Shown piece after piece: positions 63,037-64,000 of a stretch of 64,000 nt of DNA. The notes under the pieces are model-generated. The model was not told the origin of the DNA. It saw only the letters and a list, made by a program, of their open reading frames with translations, and did no database searches. The stretch comes from Candidatus Omnitrophota bacterium. GTDB lineage: Bacteria > Omnitrophota > Gorgyraeia > Aquiviventales > JACQRC01. The translations under genes were made by a program, and so were the position numbers. Each line of letters starts with the position of its first letter. Position 1 is the first letter of the stretch. The stretch is from positions 118 through 64,117 of the forward strand of contig JACQRC010000015.1 in assembly GCA_016206665.1 (NCBI GenBank). The letters are read 5' to 3'.

Positions 63037-63829
63037 ACGTTTATCGGCCGTCATCCTGACGAAGAACGAGGAGCATCAGATCGTCCGGTGCCTCGAGAGC
63101 GTGCGCTGGGCCGATGAGATCATCGTGGTTGACGGGATGAGCACCGACCGCACCGTGGAGATCTGCCGGCGTTACGGGGCGCAGGTCATCGCGCGGCCCT
63201 TTTCAGGCAGTTTCGGCGAGGAGCGCAACGCGGGCGCCGAGGCCGCGTCGGGAGAGTGGATCATCCAGCTCGACGGCGACGACGAAGTCAGTGCGGAGCT
63301 GCGTCAGGCCATCGGCCAGGTGCTGACCGGCGGCACGACGCACGCGGCCTTTCAGATTCGGCGCAAAAATAATTTCCTGGGCCACTGGATGACGCATGGC
63401 GGCTGGTACCATTACTATCCGCACTTCTACCATCGGGCGTCGTGCCGGTACGAGGGGCGGGTGCATCATCTGCTGAAGACCAGCGGCACCATCGGCAAGC
63501 TGGAAGCGGCGGTGCTCCACTATCCATTCACCAGTCTCGAGCAGTTCGTGGTTCGCCAGAACCGCTACACCTCGCTCGAGGCGCAGGAGATGCTCGACAC
63601 GCAAGGCGTCCTGCCGCAGCGGCTGGTGCGGTACAACCTGACCTGGCGGCCGGTCAAACTGTTCTGGAAGAGCTATGTAAAAAAGCAGGGCCGCCGCGAG
63701 GGATGGCACGGCCTCGTCTTCGCCATCCTCTATGCGTGGGTCCATTTCTTGAAGTGGGCGAAATATTGGGAGCTGATCCGCGACCGCCAACGACAGGAGA
63801 TTGCATGCGCGTCCTCATCACAGGGATAA
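63026..63829 (+). CDS. GT2 family glycosyltransferase (WaaE/KdtX-like LPS-core type), paralogue 2
   Basis: Motifs are LSAVILTKNEEHQI, VVDGMSTDRT and QLDGDDE. It has the same length and layout as the preceding gene. Confidence 0.8.
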   Translation: MPRERLSAVILTKNEEHQIVRCLESVRWADEIIVVDGMSTDRTVEICRRYGAQVIARPFSGSFGEERNAGAEAASGEWIIQLDGDDEVSAELRQAIGQVLTGGTTHAAFQIRRKNNFLGHWMTHGGWYHYYPHFYHRASCRYEGRVHHLLKTSGTIGKLEAAVLHYPFTSLEQFVVRQNRYTSLEAQEMLDTQGVLPQRLVRYNLTWRPVKLFWKSYVKKQGRREGWHGLVFAILYAWVHFLKWAKYWELIRDRQRQEIACASSSQG

Positions 63830-64000
63830 CCGGGTTCGTCGGCAGTCATCTGACGGAATGGCTGCTCACCCAGCGCGGAATCGAGGTCTTCGGCATCGAG
63901 CGCTGGCGCAGCAAGACCGACAACATCGACCACTTGAAGGACCGCATCACGATGTTCAACTGCGACATGCGCGACGCCTCCTCCGTGCACCGGGCGCTGG
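63805..64000 (+). CDS. NAD-dependent epimerase/dehydratase (GDP-mannose 4,6-dehydratase/reductase-like); 3' end cut by window edge
   Basis: This ORF is not in the track because no stop falls inside the window. ATG 63805 comes after GGAGA. My translation is MRVLITGITGFVGSHLTEWLLTQRGIEVFGIERWRSKTDNIDHLKDRITMFNCDMRDASSVHRAL, which has the GxxGxxG Rossmann start. Confidence 0.75.
   Translation, partial: MRVLITGITGFVGSHLTEWLLTQRGIEVFGIERWRSKTDNIDHLKDRITMFNCDMRDASSVHRAL

Noticed and set aside
1-64000. Search for tRNA/rRNA genes, CRISPR arrays, IS elements or transposases, integrases, prophage, toxin-antitoxin or defence-system genes
   Set aside because: Apart from the two palindromic repeats, no spacer is longer than 26 nt, which leaves no room for RNA genes or arrays. 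No ORF showed nuclease, recombinase, helicase or ATPase-type defence or mobility motifs on reading the translations.

Overview
High-G+C bacterial DNA, roughly two thirds G+C by eye, with third codon positions almost always G/C. I can support 59 protein-coding genes, and all of them are on the + strand. Packing is extreme: by my count 21 junctions are 4-nt ATGA/GTGA start-stop overlaps, 4 are 1-nt TGATG/TAATG overlaps, and no spacer exceeds 26 nt. The two exceptions are junctions near 49.2 kb and 58.0 kb, each carrying a 95-bp palindromic repeat. I recognised no rRNA, tRNA, CRISPR array, transposase, integrase or phage gene. The long minus-strand ORFs in the track look like antisense artefacts of stop-poor high-GC coding DNA. 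The window is one very large envelope-glycan (LPS / O-antigen / EPS-type) biosynthesis locus in three parts. (i) 0-25.6 kb encodes nonulosonic-acid-type chemistry: three NeuB/PseI/LegI-like synthases (one fused to a cytidylyltransferase), two PseG-like proteins, radical SAM/SPASM enzymes, a CBS-nucleotidyltransferase and an SDR dehydratase. It also holds an atypical tailoring set: class-III aminotransferase, PhyH dioxygenase, ATP-grasp ligase, amidohydrolase, RraA-like aldolase, FemAB-like protein, GNAT, SGNH hydrolase and several unknowns. (ii) 25.6-41.8 kb encodes four polyprenyl-phosphate-sugar-synthase-type GT2s, three GT-C (ArnT/PMT-like) membrane transferases, interleaved methyltransferases and a third radical SAM enzyme. 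(iii) 41.8-64 kb encodes GT4/GT2/GT9/CgeB-like transferases, a WbpB/WbpD-like pair, two AsnB-like amidotransferases, a WecA-like initiating transferase, an O-antigen ligase/polymerase-like protein and SDR enzymes. The best candidate for something undescribed is a twice-repeated triad of radical SAM/SPASM, NeuB-like and PseG-like genes, each paired with a large uncharacterised GT-B-like protein, together with the attached non-sugar tailoring cassette. Other leads are a junction-preserving 95-bp palindromic repeat family, a tandem pair of unknown proteins, and a Trp-rich small membrane protein next to a DUF4330-like gene. All family calls come from motifs read by eye, no database search was possible, and start codons are best guesses.
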